The notes: a model not told the origin generated them from the sequence alone. Numbered from the stretch's first letter, positions 18,945-27,764 are shown. The stretch is 64,000 bases of DNA from Bacteroidales bacterium (GCA_017437125.1 JAFSBV010000024.1:32263-96262); one strand, 5' to 3'. Numbers and translations: made by a program.

Positions 18945-21900
18945 ATGAAAGCAATGAATAAACTGTTTGTGGCGGCTGTTATTGCCACTTCTCTGACAGC
19001 ATGTCAGCAGGAATCATTTGAAGTAAGAACTGATTCAGATAATTACTATGCCTCTGTCGAGACATTTGCTACAGGCACTAAGACAGTACTCGAAGAAAAT
19101 CGCTCTGTCGTATGGTCATCGGAAGATCGTATTGCCATATTTGAAGGCAAGGATGTAGGCCAGGCATATCAGGTGCTGGATTCATACGTAGGAAAAAGTT
19201 CCGGAGAATTTGCAGAGGTTGAAGGTCTTGTGACCGAGGGAACCGATGCTGCCATTGAAGGCTCTATAGCCGTATATCCGTTCAACGAAGCCCTTACCGT
19301 CACTTCAGGAGATAACGGAGACTATGTTATTGAAGGAGTCACCTTTCCGTCAGAACAGAAATATGTTGCCGGAAGCTTCTCCGACGAAGCATTCCCTATG
19401 GTCGCAGTGACATCCGACAAGAATCTGTCCTTCAAGAACGTCGGCGGCGTCCTCAAACTCAGTCTCACAGGATCGTACTCCGTCAGCAGCATCACCCTCA
19501 CCGGTAATTCTGGCGAGCTTCTTTCCGGCCCGGCCACAGTCACCCTCGGCCCAGACGGCATCCCTTCAGTAACAATGTCTGACGATGCATCCACGTCAGT
19601 CTCCCTTGTCTGTGATCCGGCAGTCCAGCTCGACTCGGAAACAGCCACTGAGTTTTACATCTCAATTCCGCCAACTGAGTTTGAAGCGGGATTCAGTGTT
19701 AATATAACTGAAAGTGAAGGAGGAAATGCGATAAAAAACACAGAGAAACAAAATAACGTGTGCAGATCCCAAATTTTGGTAATGCCGGCATTCGCCCCTC
19801 CAACACATATGTTCAAAGAAAACTATTATGAGGATTATGATGCCTATATTTCTGAAGAAGGCATCACTATGCTATCTAAAAAGACAGAAGACGGTTATGA
19901 AATACTCATAGGTCATTATGACGAAACCGAAGAATCGTGGAACGATGATCAGTTTATGGTCATTCATACAGACTCTCTTTCGAGGGTATCAGATCTATAT
20001 ATTGAAAATGAACTACTAAGATTCTCCAACTATTCAGATAATGCAGTTGACATCCTACATATCGTGGGAGAAGATTATGAATTATATGAACACGCTGAAA
20101 TGCCGATTACAAAGTCAGTCCTATTTGCGACTAAATCTGAAGGTGTTGATGCAGATCAAGGCTCTGAAACTATTGAAGACCTGATTAAAGTCATTGTTGG
20201 TAGCAAGACTTCATTTGAATTCGCCGTTAACCTTATTAAGCATAAAGGAAAAACTCAAACCGTACTGGCTTCTATCAATTATATCTCTACTGCGATACCC
20301 GGATTAGGAGGAGTAGCTTTATCCGAAATCCAAATTGGACTGGAGAAAAAATTCTTGGGAAGAATGCCATCACTTCTTGAAGGCGAATTGTTGTTAGTTG
20401 AAGCAGTGAATGGTTTCGTAGATAAGGTTTCAGATAGATTGATCGGATCCTGGAAAATAACCGATACAAATGTAATTGTTTATACAGCTGAATCAGCTGA
20501 AGTTAATTACACTATAAGCGGTATAAAGAGTAATCCTAACATTAATCTTTCTGGAAATATAGGTTATAGAAATGTAACGAATAATAAGTTTACAAATATA
20601 TCTATACCTGTCATTAACGGTACTCACAAACAACTTCTGACACTCTCTGGCCCGGGAGACTACACTTTAACCATAACTCTAAATGGTACAGGAGGTTTCT
20701 TCAAAAGATTACAGATACATTTTAACGTTCCTGATTATCCAATGTGCCTAACCGGCAGTGCATCTAACATAACAACAACGTCGGCTGTTGTTGATTGCAC
20801 ATACAGCAATATACCTGAAGACGGCCAGTGTCAAGTTCTGCTTTCCTGGGACGATGGACATAAAATAGTAAAAGCTGAGAACCGCGAAGGCGAGCATGAA
20901 ATCAGTTTAACTGATTTGGAACCAAACACCACATATTCATATTGTGCCTGCATTGATTATGAGGGTGGCCCTGTCAATGGTGAAACGAAGGAATTTACTA
21001 CGAAAGAAGACGATGTGAAACTAAGAAATATGCTCATCAGTCTCTATAACCAAACAGATGGCGATAATTGGTATTGTAATGAGAATTGGTGTACTGATTC
21101 TCCGTTAGATACTTGGTGGGGAATATCTTATAGGGGCGAGCAAATGCATATAGATTTATCCAACAATAATCTTAGTGGAAAGATATCTTGGAGTGATAGA
21201 AAGTGTAATACAGAGTTTACAATAGATGTGTCTGATAATCCTAATTTAGAAGACATAGCTATTACACATTGCTTTATTAAGATTTCTTTAGATGCTTCTG
21301 GTTGCATTGCATTGACTGATTTATGTATTGAAGATGTTTATCACCTTATTCAACTTAAAGCATCTAACTGTTCAAGTTTAGAGATATTTGATTGCCATGA
21401 CAGTTATTCGTCATCAGTCAATCTTTCAGGATGTACTGCACTTGAATACATTGATTGTAGTGATTGTCAGTTATCATCACTTAATCTTTCAGGATGTACT
21501 GCACTTGAATACATTGATTGTTCTTACAACGATTTTACTTCACTTGATCTTTCAGAATGCACTTCACTTAAAAAATTTCACGGTATTTTTAATCCGCTAT
21601 CATCCCTCAATCTTTTAGGATGTACTGCACTTGAATCCATTTGTTGTGCCCATACGAATTTAACTTCACTTAATCTTTCGGGTTGCACCGCACTTGAATT
21701 CATTGATTGTGAATACTGTAATTTAACTTCACTTAATCTTTCAGACTGCATAGCACTCAAAGAGATTCGTTGCCAGTACAATCATCTTACTTCACTAAAT
21801 ATTTCAGGATGTCTAAACATCCATAGCCTCGATTGCGCGAACAATCTTTTCAAGCGGGTTATAACCCCTGAATTTCAAAGAATACCTTCTTTTACTTACG

Positions 21901-22040
21901 ATAGGAGGTATACTAATTATTACCACATATGGATTCTTGGAGATGAAATTGAATGCAAGTTTGGTTATACTGAAAATCCGGTAGGCTGGTGGTATGAAGG
22001 TGAGCCAGATAGTGAACATCTGAAGAGGCATACGAGATGA
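18945..22040 (+). CDS. Large mosaic lipoprotein: fimbrillin-like N-terminus, unknown middle, FN3-like domain, LRR C-terminus (about 1031 aa)
   Basis: Start moved to ATG 18945 (lipobox LTAC). TKT.L....V.WS.EDRIAIF and FPMVA...LSFKNVGGVLKLSL fimbrillin-type motifs; LEPNTTYSY...EFTT FN3 pattern; LYNQTDGDNW cap then 21-aa LNLSGCTALE.I.C repeats. Confidence 0.8.
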   Translation: MKAMNKLFVAAVIATSLTACQQESFEVRTDSDNYYASVETFATGTKTVLEENRSVVWSSEDRIAIFEGKDVGQAYQVLDSYVGKSSGEFAEVEGLVTEGTDAAIEGSIAVYPFNEALTVTSGDNGDYVIEGVTFPSEQKYVAGSFSDEAFPMVAVTSDKNLSFKNVGGVLKLSLTGSYSVSSITLTGNSGELLSGPATVTLGPDGIPSVTMSDDASTSVSLVCDPAVQLDSETATEFYISIPPTEFEAGFSVNITESEGGNAIKNTEKQNNVCRSQILVMPAFAPPTHMFKENYYEDYDAYISEEGITMLSKKTEDGYEILIGHYDETEESWNDDQFMVIHTDSLSRVSDLYIENELLRFSNYSDNAVDILHIVGEDYELYEHAEMPITKSVLFATKSEGVDADQGSETIEDLIKVIVGSKTSFEFAVNLIKHKGKTQTVLASINYISTAIPGLGGVALSEIQIGLEKKFLGRMPSLLEGELLLVEAVNGFVDKVSDRLIGSWKITDTNVIVYTAESAEVNYTISGIKSNPNINLSGNIGYRNVTNNKFTNISIPVINGTHKQLLTLSGPGDYTLTITLNGTGGFFKRLQIHFNVPDYPMCLTGSASNITTTSAVVDCTYSNIPEDGQCQVLLSWDDGHKIVKAENREGEHEISLTDLEPNTTYSYCACIDYEGGPVNGETKEFTTKEDDVKLRNMLISLYNQTDGDNWYCNENWCTDSPLDTWWGISYRGEQMHIDLSNNNLSGKISWSDRKCNTEFTIDVSDNPNLEDIAITHCFIKISLDASGCIALTDLCIEDVYHLIQLKASNCSSLEIFDCHDSYSSSVNLSGCTALEYIDCSDCQLSSLNLSGCTALEYIDCSYNDFTSLDLSECTSLKKFHGIFNPLSSLNLLGCTALESICCAHTNLTSLNLSGCTALEFIDCEYCNLTSLNLSDCIALKEIRCQYNHLTSLNISGCLNIHSLDCANNLFKRVITPEFQRIPSFTYDRRYTNYYHIWILGDEIECKFGYTENPVGWWYEGEPDSEHLKRHTR
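21420..21790 (+). repeat. 63-bp tandem coding repeats (LRR units)
   Basis: AATCTTTCAGGATGTACTGCACTTGAATACATTGATTGT is identical at 21420 and 21483; further degenerate units follow at 63-bp period. Confidence 0.85.
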
Positions 22041-22169
22041 TGCAGGTGCAATGTACATATTGTCCTCATCAGATTGGTATATTGCGTTTGCCTATAGTTG
22101 CGTAGTAACAGAACTAAGTCTCTATTATGGTTTCTCCATGTTTTATGTAGGAATTATTTCTGATGCTTA

Positions 22170-22252
22170 AGCGTGGGTGCGGGATTTCAGTATATTGCGC
22201 CCACACGCTCTGTACCACGAGCTAAAGTCTGCAAAACGTTAGCGTCGGTACA
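22170..22252. repeat. Two adjacent imperfect hairpins at the right edge of the island
   Basis: AGCGTGGGTGCG...CGCCCACACGCT (22170-22209) and TGTACC..GCTAA...TTAGC..GGTACA (22211-22252). Confidence 0.45.
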
Positions 22253-22309
22253 TGGAAACAGTAATCCGTGTGCCGACGCTATTGTATCGGACATACCCAA
22301 ACAGATCTT

Positions 22310-22915
22310 TTACAGACTGAATCCTCTGAAATCGTCTATCACGATGTCGCAGAGGGGAGAGATGGTCTCGCGCGGGTTTGTCGTGGCGAGACCTATTACT
22401 TTTGCACCGGCGGCGCGGCCGGCATTGATGCCGTGAAGGGAATCCTCGAATACGTATGTCTCGGAAGGCTTGCCGCCGAGGACTTCCATGCCCTTGAGGA
22501 AACATTCCGGATCGGGTTTCGACTTGGTGAAATGTTCGCTGGTCAGAACGGCATCCGCAAGTTCCCACAATTCGGGATGTGCCTTGCGTACGTTCTTCAT
22601 CTTAGGCTCGTTGGAGCTGGTTACTATGGCCATAGGCACTCCGGAGGCCTTCAGCTGTCTCATGAATTCATCTGCACCCGGAATATAGTCATAGCTCATA
22701 TTCATCTCGTATTCGTTCAGCCTGCGGACTATCTCCTCCTGCTCTCTGGCCATTCCCTCGAAATGTCCTCCGAATATCTGGAACAGTGTCTGTCCCTTGA
22801 TGATTCTGCCGAAGTCGTCAAGGCCAAGGTATTCCTTACCCATCATGTTCCAGAATATGCTGTACTGAGATTCAGTGTCCATTATCACACCGTCAAGATC
22901 GAATAAAGCTATCAT
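22310..22915 (-). CDS. HAD-family phosphatase (beta-phosphoglucomutase-like; 201 aa)
   Basis: Motif I FDLDGVIMDTE, motif II VTSS, KPDPE and VFEDS motifs. Confidence 0.92.
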   Translation of the reverse strand: MIALFDLDGVIMDTESQYSIFWNMMGKEYLGLDDFGRIIKGQTLFQIFGGHFEGMAREQEEIVRRLNEYEMNMSYDYIPGADEFMRQLKASGVPMAIVTSSNEPKMKNVRKAHPELWELADAVLTSEHFTKSKPDPECFLKGMEVLGGKPSETYVFEDSLHGINAGRAAGAKVIGLATTNPRETISPLCDIVIDDFRGFSL

Positions 22916-22919
22916 AGGA

Positions 22920-24566
22920 TTAACTGTTCAAAATGGCTTGAAGGTCGGATGGAATCTGACTGGTCAGTGCCTTCTTCAGCTGCTCGTCATAACGGAGACG
23001 GACCTTTGCTCCTGCCTCCTGGAACCAGTATCTTGTAGCGAGCTCCTCCTCGATGAACGGTATGATCTCGTCCTTCTTCAGACGGATGAACCTTTCCTTG
23101 TCCATCTCCAGGGCCTTTTCCATAGCTTTCAGTTCTTCGCTCATCGAATCTGCAAGTCCGTCCTTCTCCAGCTCCTTCTTCATCTGGTCATAAAGGGTCT
23201 TTGCGCTGCTTCTGTAGTCGAATTCCTGAGTCTTTGCAAATCTTATGAAGTCCTCGAAATCCTTATCGCCGAAATGGAAATCATCGACAGCCGGGATTGA
23301 TTCATGTCTGCGTGCGAAATCGATGCAATACTGGTCTATCACGCCTCCAAGCACGAGTGCATATACAAGGCGGCTGTAATCTGGGAAATCGATATCGACA
23401 TCCGGTGTTATTCCACCGCCGTCACGAACGATCCTTCCTGCTGCTGTCTTGAATTCACGTGTAAGCGAATCCGGAATATGACCTACGCTTCCGTCCTCAT
23501 TACGATGTGTATAATCGATGGCCTGTACGCATCTTCCGCTTGGAGTATAATACTTGGCTGTGGTCACCTTGACCTGACCGTTATATGGGACAGGGAGGAT
23601 GGACTGCACGAGGCCCTTTCCGTAGCTTCTCTTTCCCATGATGACAGCCCTGTCCATGTCCTGAAGGGCTCCGGCCACGATTTCGGATGATGATGCAGAT
23701 CCGGAATCGATCATGACGATGATAGGGAGTTCGGTGTCGATAGGTTCTGAGGTGGTGCGGAACTCCTTCAATGAACTGCCGGTATTACCCTTGGATGAAA
23801 CTGCGAGCGATCCCTTAGGTACGAAGAGGGATACGATGCCGATGGCCTCGCTCATGAGTCCGCCTCCGTTTCCGCGGAGATCGAGAACCAGACGCTTCAT
23901 GCCCTGCTTCTTGAGATCGAGCACCTTGGTGCGGACTTCACCGGACACATTGTCTGTGAATCCTGTCAGAAGGATGTAGCCGGTCGTGTCGTCTAGCATT
24001 CCTGCATATTCGATGTCTGGGAAATGGATACGCTCGCGCACTACAGGAATGTCGAGTGTATCTCCAGAATGTACCTTCTTGATCTTGAATACAACAGTCG
24101 TTCCTGGCTTGCCCTTCATCCTGTCGCTGCTCTCCTTAGTCTCCAGTCCCTTCGTAGGCACTCCGTCTATCTCGATTATCTCATCACCGCACTGAAGACC
24201 GTATTTCTGGGCAGGAGATCCTGCGTAAGGCTCGTTGATGATGACATTCTCGCCTGGTTTCTTATGGATGATGGCGCCGATTCCTCCGTATGTCTTTGAA
24301 AGGAACATCTTGAAGTCTTCGTTCTCCTCTTCCGGAACATAGATCGTATATGGATCGAGTTCCTCAAGCATGGCATTGATGCCGGCTTTCATGATTCTGT
24401 CCGTAGGTATGGAATCGACATATGACCTGTTGAGTTCCTTGAGGATGGCACTCTGGATTTCGCTCCACTGTCCGAGTTTGAAGCTTTGTGACTGGGCATA
24501 GGCGGCATGGGACGCCGCAATAACCATGGCAGCTGCCATGAAAATGTATATGATCTGTCTTTTCAT
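22920..24566 (-). CDS. S41 family carboxy-terminal processing protease (548 aa)
   Basis: Start moved to 24566 (signal peptide MKRQIIYIF...AYA). PDZ domain, DLRGNGGG, SASSSEIVAGALQD and GKGLVQ motifs. Confidence 0.95.
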   Translation of the reverse strand: MKRQIIYIFMAAAMVIAASHAAYAQSQSFKLGQWSEIQSAILKELNRSYVDSIPTDRIMKAGINAMLEELDPYTIYVPEEENEDFKMFLSKTYGGIGAIIHKKPGENVIINEPYAGSPAQKYGLQCGDEIIEIDGVPTKGLETKESSDRMKGKPGTTVVFKIKKVHSGDTLDIPVVRERIHFPDIEYAGMLDDTTGYILLTGFTDNVSGEVRTKVLDLKKQGMKRLVLDLRGNGGGLMSEAIGIVSLFVPKGSLAVSSKGNTGSSLKEFRTTSEPIDTELPIIVMIDSGSASSSEIVAGALQDMDRAVIMGKRSYGKGLVQSILPVPYNGQVKVTTAKYYTPSGRCVQAIDYTHRNEDGSVGHIPDSLTREFKTAAGRIVRDGGGITPDVDIDFPDYSRLVYALVLGGVIDQYCIDFARRHESIPAVDDFHFGDKDFEDFIRFAKTQEFDYRSSAKTLYDQMKKELEKDGLADSMSEELKAMEKALEMDKERFIRLKKDEIIPFIEEELATRYWFQEAGAKVRLRYDEQLKKALTSQIPSDLQAILNS

Positions 24567-24640
24567 AATCCGTTTTGTAAGAGGGGCCTGTTTTTTGCCA
24601 ACATCTGTGAAGACGAAAGTTCCCCGCATATATAGTGCCA

Positions 24641-24668
24641 CAAAAATACGAAAATATTTATACCTTTG
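24641..24668. promoter_or_regulatory. Back-to-back divergent -7 boxes (S41 protease / rdgB)
   Basis: CAAAAATA at 24641-24648 (TATTTTTG on minus) and TACCTTTG at 24661-24668 (plus). Confidence 0.65.
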
Positions 24669-24705
24669 CAGCGGTTTTTAGTAGTAATGATTAATAGCAG
24701 TTATT

Positions 24706-25335
24706 ATGAAATTGGTATTTGCAACGGGCAATGTTGGTAAACTGCGTGAAGCATCAGAGATATTAGGTGAGGGCTTTGAGCTCGTTTCCCTCGCTCAGGC
24801 AGGTATCCTGGAAGATATCCCGGAGACGGGAAAGACATTGGTAGCCAACTCTTTGCAGAAGGCTATGTATCTGTATGAAAAGGTCGGATGCAATTGTTTT
24901 GCAGACGATACAGGACTTGAAGTGGATGCTCTCGGAGGTGCTCCGGGCGTCTATACTGCAAGATATGCCGGTGACGATAAGGACTTCAACAAGAATATGG
25001 ACAAGGTGCTCCATGAACTGGAAGTTCTGGAAGGTGAGGCGCATATGGCTGCCGCTCTCGGTCTGAATACAAAGCTTGTGACCAGAAGAGCCAGGTTCAA
25101 GAGCGTCATAACCTTGATCATCAACGGCGAAAAGAAGATTTTCGAAGGAACTCTGGAAGGCGTGATCGCACGTGAGAAATCCGGAAACGGAGGCTTCGGC
25201 TATGATCCGATCTTCATCGCTGACGAATTCCCCGGACAGACTCTTGCAGACATATCGGAAGATGAAAAGAATGCCATTTCCCATAGAGGAAAGGCACTTC
25301 GTGCCATGGCCGAGTGGCTGAAGGACAGAGCCTGA
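24706..25335 (+). CDS. rdgB: Non-canonical purine NTP pyrophosphatase (RdgB/HAM1; 209 aa)
   Basis: FATGN.GK..E, ADDTGLEVDALGGAPGVYTARY, GFGYDPIF and SHRGKA motifs. Confidence 0.95.
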   Translation: MKLVFATGNVGKLREASEILGEGFELVSLAQAGILEDIPETGKTLVANSLQKAMYLYEKVGCNCFADDTGLEVDALGGAPGVYTARYAGDDKDFNKNMDKVLHELEVLEGEAHMAAALGLNTKLVTRRARFKSVITLIINGEKKIFEGTLEGVIAREKSGNGGFGYDPIFIADEFPGQTLADISEDEKNAISHRGKALRAMAEWLKDRA

Positions 25336-25341
25336 TTTCCC

Positions 25342-25426
25342 TGTCATCCTGATCTTCCCATGTCATCCTGAGTTTTCCCATGTCATCCTGAGCTTCCATT
25401 GTCATCCTGAGCGGAGCGAAGGATCT
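25342..25426 (+). repeat. REP-like element GTCATCCTGAGCGGAGCGAAGGATCT preceded by three truncated tandem copies of its 5' end
   Basis: TGTCATCCTGA at 25342, 25361, 25381 and 25400; the last continues as the full hairpin (ATCCT...AGGAT). Confidence 0.75.
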
Positions 25427-25440
25427 TTAAACAGACTGTC

Positions 25441-26094
25441 ATGACAAACAATACCGGACTAATAGTTCTCCATACCACCAAGTTCGGTGAGAATTCGCTC
25501 GTCGTCCATACCCTGAGCAGGGAATATGGGCGGCGAAGCTTTCTTGTTAAGGGAGTGGGGAAGAAGGCTATGATGTCGCTTTTCCTGCCCCTGAATGTGC
25601 TGGAGGCGGATATTGTCGAGACAGGAAAGTCAACATTGTTCACAGCCCGCAATCTTGTGGCCCGATACCCTCTTCTCGGTATAAGGAACAACATGTTCAA
25701 GAACTCCATGACTATGTTCATGAGCGAGGTGCTGTATCGCGTGATCAAGGACGGAAGCATGGAGGAAGGCCTTTACGAATGGTGCGAAAAGAACATACTT
25801 CTCCTTGATGCCATAGATTCCGATTTCAGCAATTTCCACATAAGGTTCCTTCTGGAATTTGCCGTGGCCCTCGGCTTCAGCCCGGAAGCCAATGACCTGA
25901 TGCCATTCGTCGGTGACCATTATCCTGTCGTGGAGAAGTTCATGACACTCTCTTTCGCCGACTCCATGCTCATCCCTCTCAACGGTGCGGCCAGAAACGA
26001 AATAGCGGAAGAAATCCTCCGCTACATAGAATTCCACACCGAATCAGCTGTCAATATCAACTCCCTCAAAGTCCTCCGCGAACTTTTCGCCTAG
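25441..26094 (+). CDS. recO: DNA repair protein RecO (217 aa)
   Basis: N-terminal OB-fold (GLIVLHTTKFGENSLVVHTLSREYGRRSFLVKG...LFLPL); C-terminal INSLKVLRELF typical of Bacteroidetes RecO. Confidence 0.88.
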   Translation: MTNNTGLIVLHTTKFGENSLVVHTLSREYGRRSFLVKGVGKKAMMSLFLPLNVLEADIVETGKSTLFTARNLVARYPLLGIRNNMFKNSMTMFMSEVLYRVIKDGSMEEGLYEWCEKNILLLDAIDSDFSNFHIRFLLEFAVALGFSPEANDLMPFVGDHYPVVEKFMTLSFADSMLIPLNGAARNEIAEEILRYIEFHTESAVNINSLKVLRELFA

Positions 26095-26153
26095 ATAAAC
26101 CTCAGGTGTATTCTTCCTTGGAAGCATTCAATCCTCACGAATCCTCCTGACCC

Positions 26154-26290
26154 TCCCGTCCGTAAATCCGGCTGTTTTACGGATGGGATGCCTAAATCAG
26201 CTATCGTTGTCCGTAAATCGGGGCATTTCACGGATGACATCCTCGAATCTATCCTTTTCGTCCGTAAATCAGACTATTTTACGGATGGGA
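26154..26290. repeat. Left palindrome array: 3 units, 51-bp period
   Basis: GTCCGTAAA-N9-TT(T/C)ACGGAT-G(GG/AC)A starting at 26158, 26209 and 26260; the third unit overlaps the transposase stop codon. Confidence 0.9.
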
Positions 26291-27215
26291 TTGATGATTG
26301 TTGAGGGAAAAGTTCATTAAGAATGCCTATGTCAAGTTTCAGGAGACGCCGGATCTGCTGGTTTGAAGCGTTGTATTTGAAATGCAGTTCCTTGGACATC
26401 TGGATCTTTTGCTCTGGGCTCAGGAGTGACAGCTGTCTGCTGCCATAAGCCTTTTCTGCATACATGGCAGCAGCAGCATACAACTCGTCATCAGTAAGAA
26501 ACACTGAATCCTTTAATCTTTGAGCAATCTGGCTGAATGCTTCTGCGTTGCGTGTCAATGAGTTGAAGTAACTTCGTGCATCCCTGAACATGCTTTCCCC
26601 GATATCGGTTCTGCAGAAAGACGGTATATAAACAACGTCTCCCAAGAACTTCAGATCTTCAATCAACCTTACCTCTCGGAAACGAGTCAGTTCACGCGCT
26701 TTGTTAAATCCCAATTCCTTTAAAGTTCTGGCAGGTAATAGATTGAAGAAGGGCAAGAAATAAGCACAACCACCTCCCCATGGATAGCTGAAAGGTGTAA
26801 ATTGCGGATTGGCGACAAAGGCGTTGCGGTTTACATAAATAATTTCATTCCGGAGAGCGATAAGAGTTTCGATCGGCAGTATGTCAGCCTTGAATGCTTC
26901 CCAGTCGATAACCCGCTCTGTTGTCTTGAGAATTCTTCGGAGACGAGCCTTGAATCTTTCGAAAAGTTCCATGCAGTCTTCTGCCTCTCCGTTCAATATC
27001 ATATGAATATGATTGCTCATAAGCTCGAATGTGATGATTCTGACCTTTTTGAACAATACTGCTGCGACTGCCAGAGCTGTCATTGCAATCTTGAAATCTT
27101 CCTCACTATATAGGAAATCCCCCATGACCCTGCCGTCTGTATATATATGCCAGAATGGTTCGGACTCTTCAAATAATCTCTCACACTTCCTTTCCTTTTC
27201 TGCAAATGTCAGCAT
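26274..27215 (-). mobile_element. Y1/HUH tyrosine transposase family protein (RAYT/IS200-like) with C-terminal HTH extension (313 aa)
   Basis: HUH motif LMSNHIHMIL, catalytic-Tyr segment LRNEIIYVNRN, YPWGG (cf. YPWSS), and a C-terminal helical HTH-like region; flanked by palindromic repeats. Confidence 0.8.
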
Positions 27216-27226
27216 GTAAACTTTAT

Positions 27227-27499
27227 TTAGAAGATACTGTATGAGTCAGCCGGAGAAAGCTTTCCTGAATACTGCGGTTTGAAAGGACGTCTCAGCTTGA
27301 TGGCGACCTTTTCTTTTACTTTGTATATCTGTCTGAATAATCTGACAGCATCACGCAACGTCCATGCAGAAGCTAAAGCGATTCCGTCTCCTTGCTGGCG
27401 ACAAACAGTGTATGCTGTATGTGGAATCTTTGACTCGGCATCGAATGCCGGTACAGTCATTACATCAAGATAAATGATTTCCGTCGTTCCCATAATCAA
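27227..27499 (-). CDS. Hypothetical protein (88-90 aa), co-oriented 11 bp upstream of the HUH gene
   Basis: Protein-like composition, lies between a -7 box and the HUH gene; alternative start 27493. No family recognised. Confidence 0.6.
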   Translation of the reverse strand: MIMGTTEIIYLDVMTVPAFDAESKIPHTAYTVCRQQGDGIALASAWTLRDAVRLFRQIYKVKEKVAIKLRRPFKPQYSGKLSPADSYSIF

Positions 27500-27569
27500 A
27501 TATTTAAGTGAATGTCACTTTGATGCCATTTGATCGTGGATGGCGAACCAGAGGAGTTCAAAGATGGAA

Positions 27570-27577
27570 CAAATATA
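27570..27577 (-). promoter_or_regulatory. -7 promoter box for the hypothetical-HUH operon
   Basis: Plus-strand CAAATATA reads TATATTTG on minus. Confidence 0.6.
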
Positions 27578-27622
27578 GACTTAATATTCGGAATAGCAAT
27601 TGTTTAGCTGGTATATTTTCTC

Positions 27623-27759
27623 TGCCGTCCCTAAAAAAGCCCATTTTACGGATGACAGTATAGTAAGGTACTCTCTCGTCCGTAATATTGGCTGTTTTAC
27701 GGATGGGATGCCCCTAAAGGTGACTGTTGTCCGTAAATCCGGCTGTTTTACGGACGGGA
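27623..27759. repeat. Right palindrome array: 3 units, 51-bp period, same orientation as the left array
   Basis: Units start at 27627, 27678 and 27729; the unit at 27729 differs from the unit at 26158 by 1 base in 31. Confidence 0.9.
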
Positions 27760-27764
27760 TACAG

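Noticed and set aside
18945-22040. Diversity-generating retroelement target hypothesis for the LRR protein
   Set aside because: No reverse transcriptase and no template/variable repeat pair differing at adenines were seen in the window.
26154-27759. CRISPR array call for the 51-bp-period repeats
   Set aside because: Only three units per array, repeats are degenerate, linkers are 16-20 nt and partly similar to each other, and there is no cas gene in the window. Kept as REP-like repeats.
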